A DNA stretch of 64,000 nucleotides, taken from NCBI RefSeq assembly GCF_006345805.1, contig NC_043004.1, positions 18,166,001 to 18,230,000 on the forward strand. The letters are read 5' to 3'. The stretch comes from Octopus sinensis. Taxonomy: Eukaryota. This document shows, piece by piece, positions 1 to 12,169 of this stretch. Position numbers and translations under genes: made by a program. Under the pieces are notes generated by a model. That model worked only from the letters and a program-made list of their open reading frames with translations, was not told the DNA's origin and made no database searches. Each line of letters opens with the position of its first letter. The stretch's first letter is position 1.

Positions 1-419
1 CTTCGGGCTTCCCAGACCCCAGTTGAACTGTCCAACCCATGCTAGCATGGAAAGCGGACGTTAAACGATGATGATGATGATGATGATGGGAGCCAGTCTA
101 GTAAAACTGGCAACGACCACACTCGAATAGGCAACGCTGGCAATGATCACACTTGAACGGTGCTTTTTTACGTGCCACCGACACAGGAGCCAATCCATGG
201 CCTAACAAAAAAAAAAAAAGAAAACCCCTTGACTGAGTGAAAGCATATCTGAGAGAAGGGGAGATGGTTTTATGCCACGTGCTGAAGGCGAAAGTATGAC
301 TGAGTGACAAGTGTGTGTATGTGTGTGTGAAAGAGAAAGAGAGTGTGTGTGTGCATTCATGCATTTAACAGTTTAAAAATGTCAAAAGTTTTAAGTGTAT
401 AAAGCAATTTGAAACAAAC

Positions 420-503
420 CTTGGCACTTGGCGAACCCAACAGAATCATATTGATGACATCAAGGATTTCCACAGCCAGTTTTTGAGCTTTAGCACCAGT
501 AAG
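420..503 (-). CDS. NBEAL1: Neurobeachin-like protein coding exon (8th of 8 found): LTGAKAQKLAVEILDVINMILLGSPSAK
   Basis: Acceptor ccctttacag, donor aag|gtttgt; 84 nt, phase 0/0. Aligns by eye with the NBEAL1 segment ...[20 protein letters not shown]. Confidence 0.85.
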
Positions 504-873
504 CTGTAAAGGGTAAAAGCAAAAATTGTAGAGGTGAGAACTACCACAAACTCAACATCACATTGGGAAATACAGCTGGAAAGTGAGGCCAATATACTGA
601 TGGAGATATGCATAATTACTGATATACTGTTGGAGAGAAAGGAAAAGAAATTATGAAGATGCAATGAAGGATGGATAAGAATACAAGAGTTGTGTGTGTG
701 TGAGTATTAAATAAGACAGAAGATGAGAAAGATGGAAATTTTCAAGAAAGGAAGGAAAGAAATTGAGTGAAGGTTATAAAGAGAAGGAAGAGGAAGAAGC
801 AATAGATAGAATGAACAGTAAAGTCTAATAGGAAATGCATGGCATGGGAAAGAAGTGATAAAGCCATATTTAC

Positions 874-980
874 CAAAGTCTCGTGAAGGAGTTTTATGAA
901 TGCATCAATGGTTCCACAGGCAACTAAGATTACTTGCAATGCTTTTCGATCTCGGCACAACAGCATCTCATTAATTGTTT
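874..980 (-). CDS. NBEAL1: Neurobeachin-like exon: (E)TINEMLLCRDRKALQVILVACGTIDAFIKLLHETL
   Basis: Acceptor tctgtttcag, donor ttg|gtaaat; 107 nt (2+105). Resembles NBEAL1 TITAMLDCTDRPVLQAIF...FEHLIRLL. Confidence 0.9.
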
Positions 981-2684
981 CTGAAACAGAAGCAGTAACA
1001 AGTTTCTTCAATACACACACAAACATTCTGTCACTTACACACATAAATATATACAACAATTACTCTATAAACAATCATAATTTTAATTAAGTTATATCTT
1101 GTTACATCTCAAGAGTTCATAATTGCTGACATTACAGGCAATAGTTTCCACACAGTTATTCGTAAGTTTAATTGGTTTGCTCATTAAATTAATGTGATGT
1201 AAAAAGATATGCATTTTTTTTCTTGATAATTACTCTTTGATTGATTTATTATTTTCATAACACTGAAAGGAAACATCATGGACAGTCTTCAGCTTTCTCT
1301 GTTCAAAGAGGTTTTTTAACCTAGTATTTATATGCTAAGGTAGCAAGCTGGCAGAACCATTAGCACACCAGGCAAAGTGCTTCATGGCATTTTGTTTGTC
1401 TTTACGTTTTGAGTTCAAATTTCGCCAAGGTTGACAAGGTCTTTGTTGTGGTGTTAGATATTTACAATATCTCCGCCCTCTCCATATAGTTTTCTTTTGT
1501 TGTTTTATCTGCACTTTTCTGTACTGAAATGGGTGGATTGGTTTTGCTACAACTCTACAAACATGCAACTAGAATGTAGCAAAAAAGAATCGTAAATAAG
1601 ATTCTACAAGCTGAGCTAACCAGCTGCAGACCTAAGGGTGGACAAGAGCATTGGTTAATATTCAAAGTCTCAGTTTGGTCATGTTTGGGAATTCTGCAGG
1701 AAAGTGTAAGATCAGTTGCTTCTGACACAACCTTATGGAAGAGATGCCTGAGGGCAGCACCTTCATGACTCTCTCACGAGGAGTGGGAGATGAGAATGGA
1801 TGGAATTTTAAAGTTAGAGACCTTACTACTTAGATCTCAACTTGCTTTTGTCAAGCAGAGTTATGTACCTTATTAAGGGATAGGCAGCAATTTACAGTAA
1901 TCCCTCGCCATATTGCAGTTTATTATTTAAGCTTATGTCGATTCCTTTATGGTGTTGTTTTGCATTTATAACAAAACAAACAAAAACAAAACAAACATAT
2001 ACAGTACAGTACTGTTTCTCCTTTGGAGACTTTCACTTATCATGGGGGTTGTTTGGAATGTAACTCACGCGATATTCGAGAGATCTCTGTACTCTAATAA
2101 AATTTTAACTTCTAGCCATGTGCACATTTCAGAAACATTGCACCTTATATCCATCTATATATAGCAGCTTACTATATTTCCTCAGGCTTGTCTAATTAGC
2201 AACAAATTTTTACTATTCTTTTTTGGTCTTGCAAGCCACTTGGCAACCTCACTAGTGCTGGTGGCATGAATAGGTGCTCAGCACACTTTGTAAAATGCTT
2301 GGTGTTAGGAGGGGCAATCAGTCATAGAAATCATGCCAAAGTTGGCATTGGAGCTCAACATGGCCCTACGGCTCACAGAATCTGAACAAACCATCCAACC
2401 CATGCCAGAATGAGTAATGGACATTAAACACTAATGATAATGATGATGATGATAACGAAGGAAAGATAAAGTAAACTACTCTAATACAGATGTGATTAAA
2501 TGTTTCAACTACATAGAAAATGCCTCTTTCATCTGACTAAAAAAACTAATGCTTTCCCTTTTCCTTCACCTGACCATTAAACATTTTTTTCTTACAGTTA
2601 TAAACTTCATTGTCATTTTATTTATTTCAGTGACAATACAAATGAGAAATGGTAGAGAAAGATAAATGAAATGAAACAACAAAC

Positions 2685-2799
2685 CTAAAATGTTTATCAT
2701 AAGAAGAAGCCCTCCACTGTCATTGTTGGTGACTTCACTGCCATATGACAGCAAAACACTTAGGTAGCCCTCTAACATTTGACCTACTTCAACTTGTCT
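2685..2799 (-). CDS. NBEAL1: Neurobeachin-like exon: RQVEVGQMLEGYLSVLLSYGSEVTNNDSGGLLLMINIL
   Basis: Acceptor ttacttcag, donor tag|gtttgt; 115 nt (114+1). Resembles NBEAL1 RQVETSTILENYFKLL. Confidence 0.9.
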
Positions 2800-3124
2800 C
2801 TGAAGTAATTAAATAAAAGAAACAGAATGATAAATACAAAGAATCAGACAGATAAATACAGTAAATTCATCAAAAAACTAAACAAAAGAAAAAAAAAGAG
2901 AGAGAATAAATGAATCAGTCAAAACCTTAATTGAATTCAAAATGAAGCCCAAAAACATTGAGCTATTTTTAGAAACTTTCCTGCTTTAGAGATTTATTTC
3001 TGTTTTATGCTGAAAGCTAAATGGAGATGAAATGGAGTAGGTTTTGTACGTAGTGAAAGTGGGATTGAAAATAGCTGGGAATATAGAAGGAACATTACGT
3101 AAATGTATAGATTTAGAGATAAGC

Positions 3125-3156
<32 letters not shown>

Positions 3157-3639
3157 CATGTATAGATTAAAGGAAAGATGAAAAACCAAACACATGACAT
3201 AGAAAGACTTGTGTGTGTGTGTGTGTGTGTGTATACTGGAAAAATATTGAGAAAAAGTTGAAAATGTGTCGAAATTTTTTTTTATATATTTATGTTGTGT
3301 AATTAAAACAAGTGGAAAATAATTTTATTTTGTATGTTTATGTGTATGAAAAATTAAAAAAGAAAAAACATAACGATATGCTTCACAGAATAAATGTTTT
3401 TGTGTCTTAATTCCACTGAAATTATATTGGTATATGTATACATAAGGTATGTTTGAAATATAGAATTTACATAATTTATATAAACACACATATTTTGAAG
3501 CATCTATTTATTCCTTTTAGTAATCCAGCAAAGCCAAGTTATATTTCCACATTTCCTCTGATCTCTGATTCCATTTTCAATTGTACTGCTTTCATCCAAA
3601 GATTTTTTACTCCCAAAACAAGTGAGTGTATATGATATA

Positions 3640-4195
3640 CACTTGCGTCGGAAATTAATAAGCACTTCTCAAATTTCTACATTTTCTTAATTTAATTAAC
3701 TTATTATCAGAAACGAACTCGTTTTTAATCAAAAATTTATTAAAACATATCCCAGCACACCACATAATTGTTATTAATCGTGAAATTTAGTCAATATCTT
3801 GTTGCACCTCCTTTGGCAGCAATGACAGCTGCTATGCGGGTCGGCATGCTGTCTATGAGTGCCTGCAGGTACTGTGCAGGGATGGCCCCTCATGCAGCAA
3901 GAAGTGCCCCAAACAGCTCGTGTCGGTTCCTGTATTGCTGCACATTCAAATCCCTACCCAATCGACTCCAGAGGTTCTCAATAGGGTTCAGGTCAGGTGA
4001 CTGGCCAGCACGTACTCCTCGCCACCAAAGAGGTATCCCGTACTATCTCAACGTACTTTGCTGCGTTGATGTTGCCTTCGACGGCATAGAGCCGCCCAAC
4101 ACCACTGTAGCTGAACGCCCCTCACACCATCAGACCACCCCACCATGCTTCATGGTGAGCAAATCAAGGGTGCTAATTAATTTCTGACGGTAGTG
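3640..4195 (-). mobile_element. Internally deleted Tc1-like DNA transposon
   Basis: About 27-bp imperfect TIRs (cacttgcgtcggaaattaataagcac / gtgctaattaatttctgacggtagtg) flanked by TA. The minus strand encodes KHGG... and QSPDLNPIENLW...LIDSMPTRIAAVIAAKGGATRY* with stops and frameshifts. Confidence 0.9.
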
Positions 4196-4636
4196 TATAT
4201 GATGTGTTCTTGCATTCCATTGGCCCAAAATAGTGATGTGCCTTATACAGGAGTGTACATTATATAAAAATAGATATGCTGTGTGTGTGTGTGTGAGAGC
4301 ACATTTTTGCTTGCTTGTCTTTGCATATGTATCAATATGCATGGGTAATTAATGTGTACTCATGAGACATTTACTTGTGACAGTCACTGGACTGTAGTCA
4401 CGTTTGAGCACTACCACAAATCACAAACACACACACACACACGTTTATTAAAGCCAGTTCATTCCACCTTCTTGCATTATAAATGTTTTTGTATGAATTC
4501 TACGAAACCTAATGAATTTTCACATGTATATCCAGGAAAAGGAGCATTCCTGCCATGATAGCATATGGTAGCCTATACCTGTAGAGAAGCTTTGCACTGC
4601 ACATTATAAGGTTATCCTCAGATGATATTAAATATA

Positions 4637-4683
<47 letters not shown>

Positions 4684-4799
4684 TATGTATGTGAAGGTGT
4701 ATGGCTTAATGGTTTGGGTGTTGTATTATATATATATATATATATAATATAATTATCTAATAAACACTATATATGTGTTTATGTGCTACTATTAGTTTC

Positions 4800-5763
4800 A
4801 TGTGCTGAGAGCATGCCAGACACCAGATATATTAAAAATACTGTCTGGCATGCTCTCATCACATGAAGCTAATGGCAGCACATAAAAACATGGTGTGCAA
4901 GAGAGGTGACTGTGCTGGTATAGCCATATGTTACATATGAATGAAGACAGCTGTGTGAGGAAGTGCCACTCCCTACCTGCAGAAGGAACCTTTAGAAGAG
5001 GTACAACCAGGAAAACATGGGATGAGGTGGTGAAGCATGACCTTCGAACATTGGGCCTCACAGAGGTAATGACAGGAAACCAGGACCTTTGGAGATATGC
5101 TCTGATTGAGAAGACCTGGCAACTAAAGTGAGATGGCATCCACACACGTCCAGCCCTGTTAAAGATACTCCTGATGCATTAGGTAATATGATATGCTTGA
5201 GAAGACTTGTTGAGTCAACTAAAACAATATCGTAGCTAGGGCTGGGGCTCCCTGGCTGGCACATAAAAGGCACCATCCAAGCATGGTAGATGCCAGGTCC
5301 ACCTTACTAGCCCCAGTGCTGGTGGTACATAAAAAGCACCTACTGGTTGTGACCGATGCCAGTACCCACTGACTGGCTCCTGTGCCGGTGGCACTTAAAA
5401 AGCACCAACTGAAGGTGTTTATTGCCAGGCCCACCTTACTGGCTCCAGTGCCAGTGGCACGTAAAAAGCACCAATCAATCAGGACCGACACGAGAGACCC
5501 CCTCCTGGTTCCTGTGCCAATGGCAAGTAAAAAGCACCATCTGAACGTGATCGTTGCCAGACCCACCTTACTGGCTCCTGTGTCAATGGCACGTAAAAAG
5601 CACCCACTACACTCTCGGAGTGGCTGGCATTAGAAAGGGCATCCAGCTGTAGAAACACTGCCAGACCAAATTGGAGCCTGGTGCAGCCACTGGCTCTCCA
5701 GACCTCAGTCAAACCATTTAACCAATGCCAGCACGGAAAACAGATGTTAATCAATGATAATGA

Positions 5764-5768
<5 letters not shown>
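4800..5768 (+). mobile_element. 5'-truncated RTE-clade LINE (ORF C-terminus + 3' UTR with repeat array + (GAT)n tail)
   Basis: Encodes ...EGTFRRGTTRKTWDEVVKHDLRTLGLTE...DLWRYA, matching the C-terminus of ORF 27826-28698; ends in a (GAT)n-like tail. Confidence 0.85.
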
Positions 5769-5808
<40 letters not shown>

Positions 5809-6980
5809 CGTCATCATTGTTTAACACCCTCTTTTTATGCTGCCATGGCTTGGATGGTTTGACAGGAACTGGCCAGGCAGGAGCCTGCGCCATGCTTCTG
5901 TGTCTATTTGGCATGTTTTTTTTTTTATGGCTGGATGCCTTTCCTAACACCAACCACTCAGTAGAGTGGGCTGAGTGCTTCTTACTCGGCACTAACACAA
6001 ATGAGGTCAGTTTTGATGTGGTTTTTACAGCTGGATGCCCTTCCAAATGCCAACCACTTTACAGTGCAGACTGGGTGCTTTTTAAGCGACACCAGCAGGG
6101 TCACCAAGTAACTTTGCAAGACAAGGAGTCTTTGATAAGGGAGGGGGCATTGCAGGAGGTGATCTTTTATCAGATGATGACAGATTAGAATGTGACTGAG
6201 AGGCTGAAACAGATGTCTTGCTGCAGAGGAGGTTCATGGTTACTCAGCCAGAGAGAAGGAGAGAGAGAAGAAGAAAGAGAGAAAGAGAGTGACAGCTAAC
6301 AAGAATGGACAGAAACAAGCTACCTAGAGAGAGAGAGAGAGAGAGAGAGAGTGGGGCTACCAAGAAAAGTTCACTCCCCAACTGTATGGTTTTGGTTTCA
6401 ATATCACCTCTGCATGACATCTTGGAGAAATATTTTCTATTGTAGCTCTGAGCTAACAAAGCCTTATAAGTGGATTTAATAGGCAGAAAATGAAAGAAGT
6501 CTACCATGAAAATATGTACTTGTGATGTTATGTGTAATACGAGCATGTGGTTAAGAAGTTCACTTTGTAACCATGTGGTTTAGGTTTCAGTCCCACTGTA
6601 CTATAGCTCTGGGCCAGTGGATTCAGTCAATGGAAGCTGTGTGGAAGCCCATCAATTGTGTGTGTTTGTGCATGTGAATGTGTGTGTGTGTGTGTGCGTG
6701 TGTGTGTACGCATATGTTTGTGTGTTTGTGCTGGTTCCCCTCAGTGCTTCACAATTGGTGTTGGTTGGTTTACATTTCTGTTAACTTAGCAGTTCAACAA
6801 AAGAGGCTGATAGAATAAGTACCAGATTAAAAAAAAACTAAGTGGTTGATTTATTCAACTAAAAACCTATCAAGGCAGTGCTCTGGCATGGCCACATTCC
6901 AATGACTGAAACAAATAAAGGATAAAAAAATGTACATGTAGAGGTAGAAAGGCAGGGAAGATAATTAAAAATATTCTCAC

Positions 6981-7160
6981 CTGGTCTGGACAGGAACAAT
7001 GAATAACATGCACCATCCGTACAATGCATTTGAGAACCACTTCCTTCAGTGGAATTGCCCACCTGGCTGGAGCATCTAGTTCGTTTTGGGGCTTCTGAGA
7101 AGACAAAGCTTTTAACAAGACATCCAACGTGGCTGGAGTGATTGACCGTAAGGCATTGTG
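6981..7160 (-). CDS. NBEAL1: Neurobeachin-like exon: HNALRSITPATLDVLLKALSSQKPQNELDAPARWAIPLKEVVLKCIVRMVHVIHCSCPDQ
   Basis: Acceptor ttttccttag, donor cag|gtgaga; 180 nt, phase 0/0. Resembles NBEAL1 RNALQAISPATMEVLMRVL...LKCLTEVVHILLSSNSDQ. Confidence 0.93.
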
Positions 7161-7249
7161 CTAAGGAAAATAACAAAACAACAATTTTCATCATAATGTT
7201 CATCATTATCATCATCATCAGTATTTTGCTCATCAATATAATCAGATTT

Positions 7250-7476
7250 ATAGATACAAGGCCTAAAATTTGGAGGCACTGGAGCTGGGGTCAATTACAT
7301 TAAACCCTGTACTTGACTGGTATCTATTTCATTAAGCCCAAAAAGGTGAACGATAAAGTCGACATCAGCAGAATTTGAACTCAGACTACAAAGACAGACA
7401 AAATGCCATTAAGTAGTTGCCCGGTGTGCTAAAAGTTCCATCAACTCACCACATCATTATCATTATTATTATTATG

Positions 7477-7535
<59 letters not shown>

Positions 7536-8470
7536 CCTCTCTACTAAAGGCAAAAGGCCTGATATTTTTGGTTACGTTGACCCCAATGTTTCACTGGTAC
7601 TTAATTTATTGACCCCAAAAGGATGAAAGACAAAGTGGACCTCAGCTGAGTTTGAACTCAGAACGTAGCAGCAGATGAAATACTGCTAAGTATTTCGCCC
7701 AGTATGCTTACGATTCTGCCAGCTTGCCACTTTCATAATAATAATAATAGTAATAATAATCTTTTCTATTCAAGGTACAAGGCCTGAAATTTTGGGGGAG
7801 GGAGTCAGTCAATTAGATCAACCCAAGTATGCAACTGGTACTTGATTTATTGACCTCGAAAGGATGAAAGGCAAAGTCAAACTCAGCTGAATTTGAACTC
7901 AGAATGTAGAGACAGACAAAATATCACTACACATTTCGCCCAGAGTGCTAACATTTCTGCCAGCTTGCCACCTTCATAACAATAATGATGATAATAATAA
8001 TAATAACAATAATGCTTCCTACAATAGGCACAAGGCCTGAAGTTTTGTGGGGAGGAGATTAGTCAAGGACATCAACCTCAGTACCCAACTGGTACTTGTT
8101 TCATAAGGCAGCGAGCTGGCAGAAACGTTAACACGCCGGGCGAAATGGTAAACGGTAATTCGTCTGCCGTTACGTTCTGAGTTCAAATTCCACCGAGGTC
8201 AACTTTACCGTTCATCCTTTCAGGGTTGATAAATTAAGTACTAGTTACGCACTGCAGTTGATATAATCGACTTAATCCGTCTGTCTGTCCTTATTTGTCT
8301 CCTCTGTATTTAGCCCCTTGTGGGTAGTATAGAAATAGGTATTTGTTTCATCAACATTGAAAGGATGAAGGCAAAGTTCACCTTGGCAGAATTTGAACTT
8401 AGACATAAAGACAGAAGCAAAGCCGTTAAATAATTTGTCTAGTTTGCTAACGATTCTGCCAGTTCACCAC
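7250..8470. mobile_element. Cluster of tRNA-like SINE family A copies: several minus copies spaced by (AAT)n, one plus copy nested at about 8105-8337
   Basis: Repeated motifs ggcgagctggcagaa..., gagttcaaattc (B-box like) and gcctttcatcctttc..gggtcgataaattaagtacc. Confidence 0.85.
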
Positions 8471-8919
8471 TTTATAATCAGAATTAATATCAATGGCATC
8501 ACAATTCACCCTTGTCCATTTCTCATACTGGCAGACTTTGATTCAACATCCATTACCACCCAACAGTGAAGCTTCAAAGCCGAGGACAGATTTATAAAAC
8601 AATCTTAAGAAGAAAACATATGAAGAACACAATCACAAATTTTTTAATAAAATACATTTAGTTTTTGCTAAATTAGAGTTTGTTTTATTGAATTACCAAA
8701 TATGTCCACAAATAACTCTCACACACTGTGTATATGCACACATCATCATCATCATTACTTAAAGTCCATTTTTAATGCTGGCAAGGATTGGACAATTTGA
8801 CAGGATCTGGCAAGGCAAAGAGCTGCACCAGGTTCCATTGTCTGTTTTGATATGATTTCTATTGTTGGATGCCCTTCCTAATGCCAGCCACTATAACAGA
8901 TGCTTTTGACATGCTAACA

Positions 8920-9507
8920 GCACCAGTGCTTCTTACATGGCACAAGGACCAGTGCCTTTTACACGGCACAGCATCTTTTACAAAGTGCCAGCACCGGTGC
9001 TTTTTAAGAGGTACTATCACCAGACCTTTTCATGTGACACCATCACCAGAGATTTTTATGAGACACCATCACCAGAGCTTTTTGTGTGACACCATCACCA
9101 GAGCTTTTCCTGTGACACCATCAGCAGAACTTTTTATGTGGTACCATCACTAGAGCTTTTTGTGGCACCATCACCAGAATGTTTTATGTGAAACCATCAC
9201 CAGAGCTTTTTGTGTGACACTATCACTAGAACCTTTTGTGTGACACCATCACAAGAGCATTTTACATGGAACCATCACCAGAGCTTTTTGTGTGACACTA
9301 TCACTAGAACCTTTTGTGTGACACCATCACAAGAGCATTTTACATGGAACCATCACCAGAGCTTTTTGTGTGGCACCATCAGAGATTTTATGTGGCACCA
9401 TCACCAAAGCGTTTTGTGTGACACCATCACTAGAGCATTTTATATGGAATCATCCCCAGAGTTTTTTTTTACATGGCACCATCACCAGAGCTTTTAACAT
9501 GGTACCA
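8920..9507. repeat. 26-bp minisatellite (caccatcaccagagctttttgtgtga)n with a 78-bp higher-order duplication
   Basis: About 20 direct repeats; block 9193-9270 is repeated at 9271-9348. Confidence 0.9.
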
Positions 9508-9657
9508 TAACCAACAGGCTGACACATACATATTAAACTCACAAAAACCCACACATACACATTTTAAAACCCAACATCTTTCTGAAACTGGCGTCATTAA
9601 TGAATTAATTAGCAAAAATCTCTTTAATGTAATTATAGTTCCATCATAGAAACTTAC

Positions 9658-9740
9658 CTGGTCCCCTGACATAACACCACCAAACATATGCAATAAATGG
9701 ATTTGAGTTTCTTCTGGCAGGTATTTTTTTTGAAAACATT
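9658..9740 (-). CDS. NBEAL1: Neurobeachin-like exon: (E)CFQKKYLPEETQIHLLHMFGGVMSGDQ
   Basis: Acceptor ttatttacag, donor cag|gtaagt; 83 nt (2+81). Resembles NBEAL1 QCFQESEHL...LLHLFGAIVAGGQ. Confidence 0.93.
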
Positions 9741-10090
9741 CTGTAAATAATGAAGAAAATTAAGACACTATTTAGTATCAATACCAGACAAAATAAATAC
9801 ATACGTTATTATTATTCCAAACACACAGCATGTAATTTTTTTTTTTGTGTGTTTTCTTTTTGGTCATGTGTTACATTTCTTTATAAAGCTGTAATTAGAA
9901 GTAATTCTTAGTATTGATTGATGTCCTGTTTAGGAAGAAGGCAGCACATTTAATGAAGATAAAGGAAATGAGGAAAGCTACCTTCAAGGCTTTAAGTGCA
10001 TTAGTTGTGTGTGTGTGTGTGTATGTGTGTGTTTTCTTGCTTTGACTGGCCATCAACTTTGTAACAAGGCTGTGAAGAAAAGCATCTTGA

Positions 10091-10512
10091 TTTACCCTTT
10101 TACCCTTTACCCTTTTACTTGTTTCAGTCATTTGACTGCGGCCATGCTGGAGCACCGCCTTTAATCGAGCAACTCGACCCCGGGACTTATTCTTTTGTAA
10201 GCCCAGTACTTATTCTATCGGTCTCTTTTGCCGAACCGCTAAGTAACGGGGACATAAACACATCAGCATCGGTTGTCAAGCAATGCTAGGGGGACAAACA
10301 GACACACAAACACACACACGCATATATATATATATATATACATATATACGATGGGCTTCTTTCAGTTTCCGTCTACCAAATCCACTCACAAGGCTTTGGT
10401 CGGCCCGAGGCTATAGTAGAAGAAACTTGCCCGAAATGCCACGCAGTGGGACTGAACCCGGAACCATGTGGTTGGTAAACAAGCTACTTACCACACAGCC
10501 ACTCCTGTGCCT
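10091..10512 (-). mobile_element. Full-length SINE family B (tRNA-like head, CORE-like motif, internal (TA/TG)n, gactgaaacaagtaaaag tail)
   Basis: Near-identical in reverse to the copies at 41763-42204 and 24705-25085; many CpGs retained. Confidence 0.85.
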
Positions 10513-10870
10513 ATTTGTTCATCATCTTTTACATTTTAAGCAGGTCTTGCAGATTTTTATAGTCCAAGACAAGATCTTTTGTTGTGTGCATGTATGCATG
10601 CATGCGTATATGTTTGTATGTGGTTATGTTCAATTTCTCTTGCTTAGTAGCAAGATTGTGAAGGAAAGCATCTCGTTTTGTCCATCAACCTTTAAATCTT
10701 AAGAAGGTCTTGCAGATTTTTATAATGCCAGATATGATCATCTGTAGATTATGAATTAAAGATTTATGTTCTCTCCCCAAGAACCCAAGTTCAGCCACAC
10801 TTTGCTCCAGACAGCTTGGTTACATACATGTGTGTGTATGTATATATATATATATATATATATGCATGTG

Positions 10871-11183
10871 TGGAGGCACAATAGCCCAGTGATTAGGGCA
10901 GCAGACTCACAGTTGTAGGATTGCGGTTTCAATTCCCAAACTGGGTGTTGTGAGTGTTTATTGAGCGAAAACACCTAAAGCTCCACAAGGCTCCAGCAGT
11001 GGGGTGGTGGCAATCCCTGCTGTACTCCCTCGCCACAACTTTCTCTCAATCTTTCTTCTGTTGGCCTGCTCATTTAGCCAGCGGGGTGGCGTCATTTGAA
11101 GGGTAAAACAATACGAAGCGCATTGTGACCAGCGATGTGTAGTAACATCTGATAGCCTGGTCAGTCACGGTGACCATGGTGAT
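10871..11183 (+). mobile_element. tRNA-derived SINE family C
   Basis: tRNA-like head ggaggcacaatagcccagtgattagggcagc...ggtttcaattccca with A/B-box-like elements; a related head occurs at about 37719. Confidence 0.7.
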
Positions 11184-12169
11184 ATATGCATGTACGTATG
11201 TACATACATGCAACTGAAATAATCCACGTTAAAAATGTATGTACTAGTCTTAAGTAAAGTAAATAAGATTATACATATCCAAACCTCAAAACTGTGGGCA
11301 ATCAATCTTACAGCCAGCTGTGTCCTCACTGGCTTAATGATCCTCTGATGAGTTCAATCGCTAATAAGATCAATAGCATGAAACCTTCAGTTCCAATTAT
11401 GTAATCCTAGCATATGGATAAACATACATCAGACTCTTCACACTTCTAACATAAGGATATATTAAGCTGTTTTATTTTCTTTTGGATCACAAAATAAACA
11501 GCTGTTGGTTTGTTTATGTCTCCATAACTTAGTCGTACAGTAAGAAGTATCAAGCATAGAATAAGTACTGGCATTGATTTGGTCAACGAATCCTTCAAAG
11601 CAGTGCTCCAGCATGACCACAGACTAGTGATTGAAATAAGCAAAAGTTGTGTTGTGTTTTGCTTTTCACTTCCACTCGACAACTGGTGTTGGTTTGTTTA
11701 CATCCTCATAACTTAGCAGTTTGGTATAAAAGAAACCAACACAACAAGGGCCAGATTCAAAAGATAAATAAGTACTGGGGTTGATTTGGTTGGCAAAACT
11801 CTTCGAGGTGGTGCTCCAGCATGGCCACAGTCAGATGACTGAAACAACTGAAAGATAAAGACACACACACATTCTTGATATTAAAGACCTTGGCAAATGA
11901 ATATGTAGAGAAACGCACCGACACTATATATTATGAAACTCTTGAATATATATAAGTAATTTATTGGGCAATAAAACAGCCTCCACCCTCTTTTATATGA
12001 GAGGGTGGACTTCGATGGCCCATTAAATGGAAATTGCCGCTTGGAGAGAACAGTAACTGAACAGAATCATCTCCATAAAGTGTTTTCTCCTGTTTTACAA
12101 TTTATACAAGAATTTTATAGGAAGAAACTATTTTATTTCCCTCGTAGGTTATTTATTACATTGATTATT

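Noticed and set aside
10871-10945. tRNA gene candidates at SINE heads
   Set aside because: They continue into SINE bodies and lack an intact cloverleaf, so they were called SINEs, not tRNAs.
11335-11405. CTGATGA...GAAAC hammerhead-like motif
   Set aside because: No helix I complementarity after the putative cleavage triplet and no palindromic helix III; at best a decayed relic.
11957-12030. Pre-miRNA-like hairpin (tccaccctct/agagggtgga)
   Set aside because: Only a 10-bp core stem with a large asymmetric internal loop; no further support.
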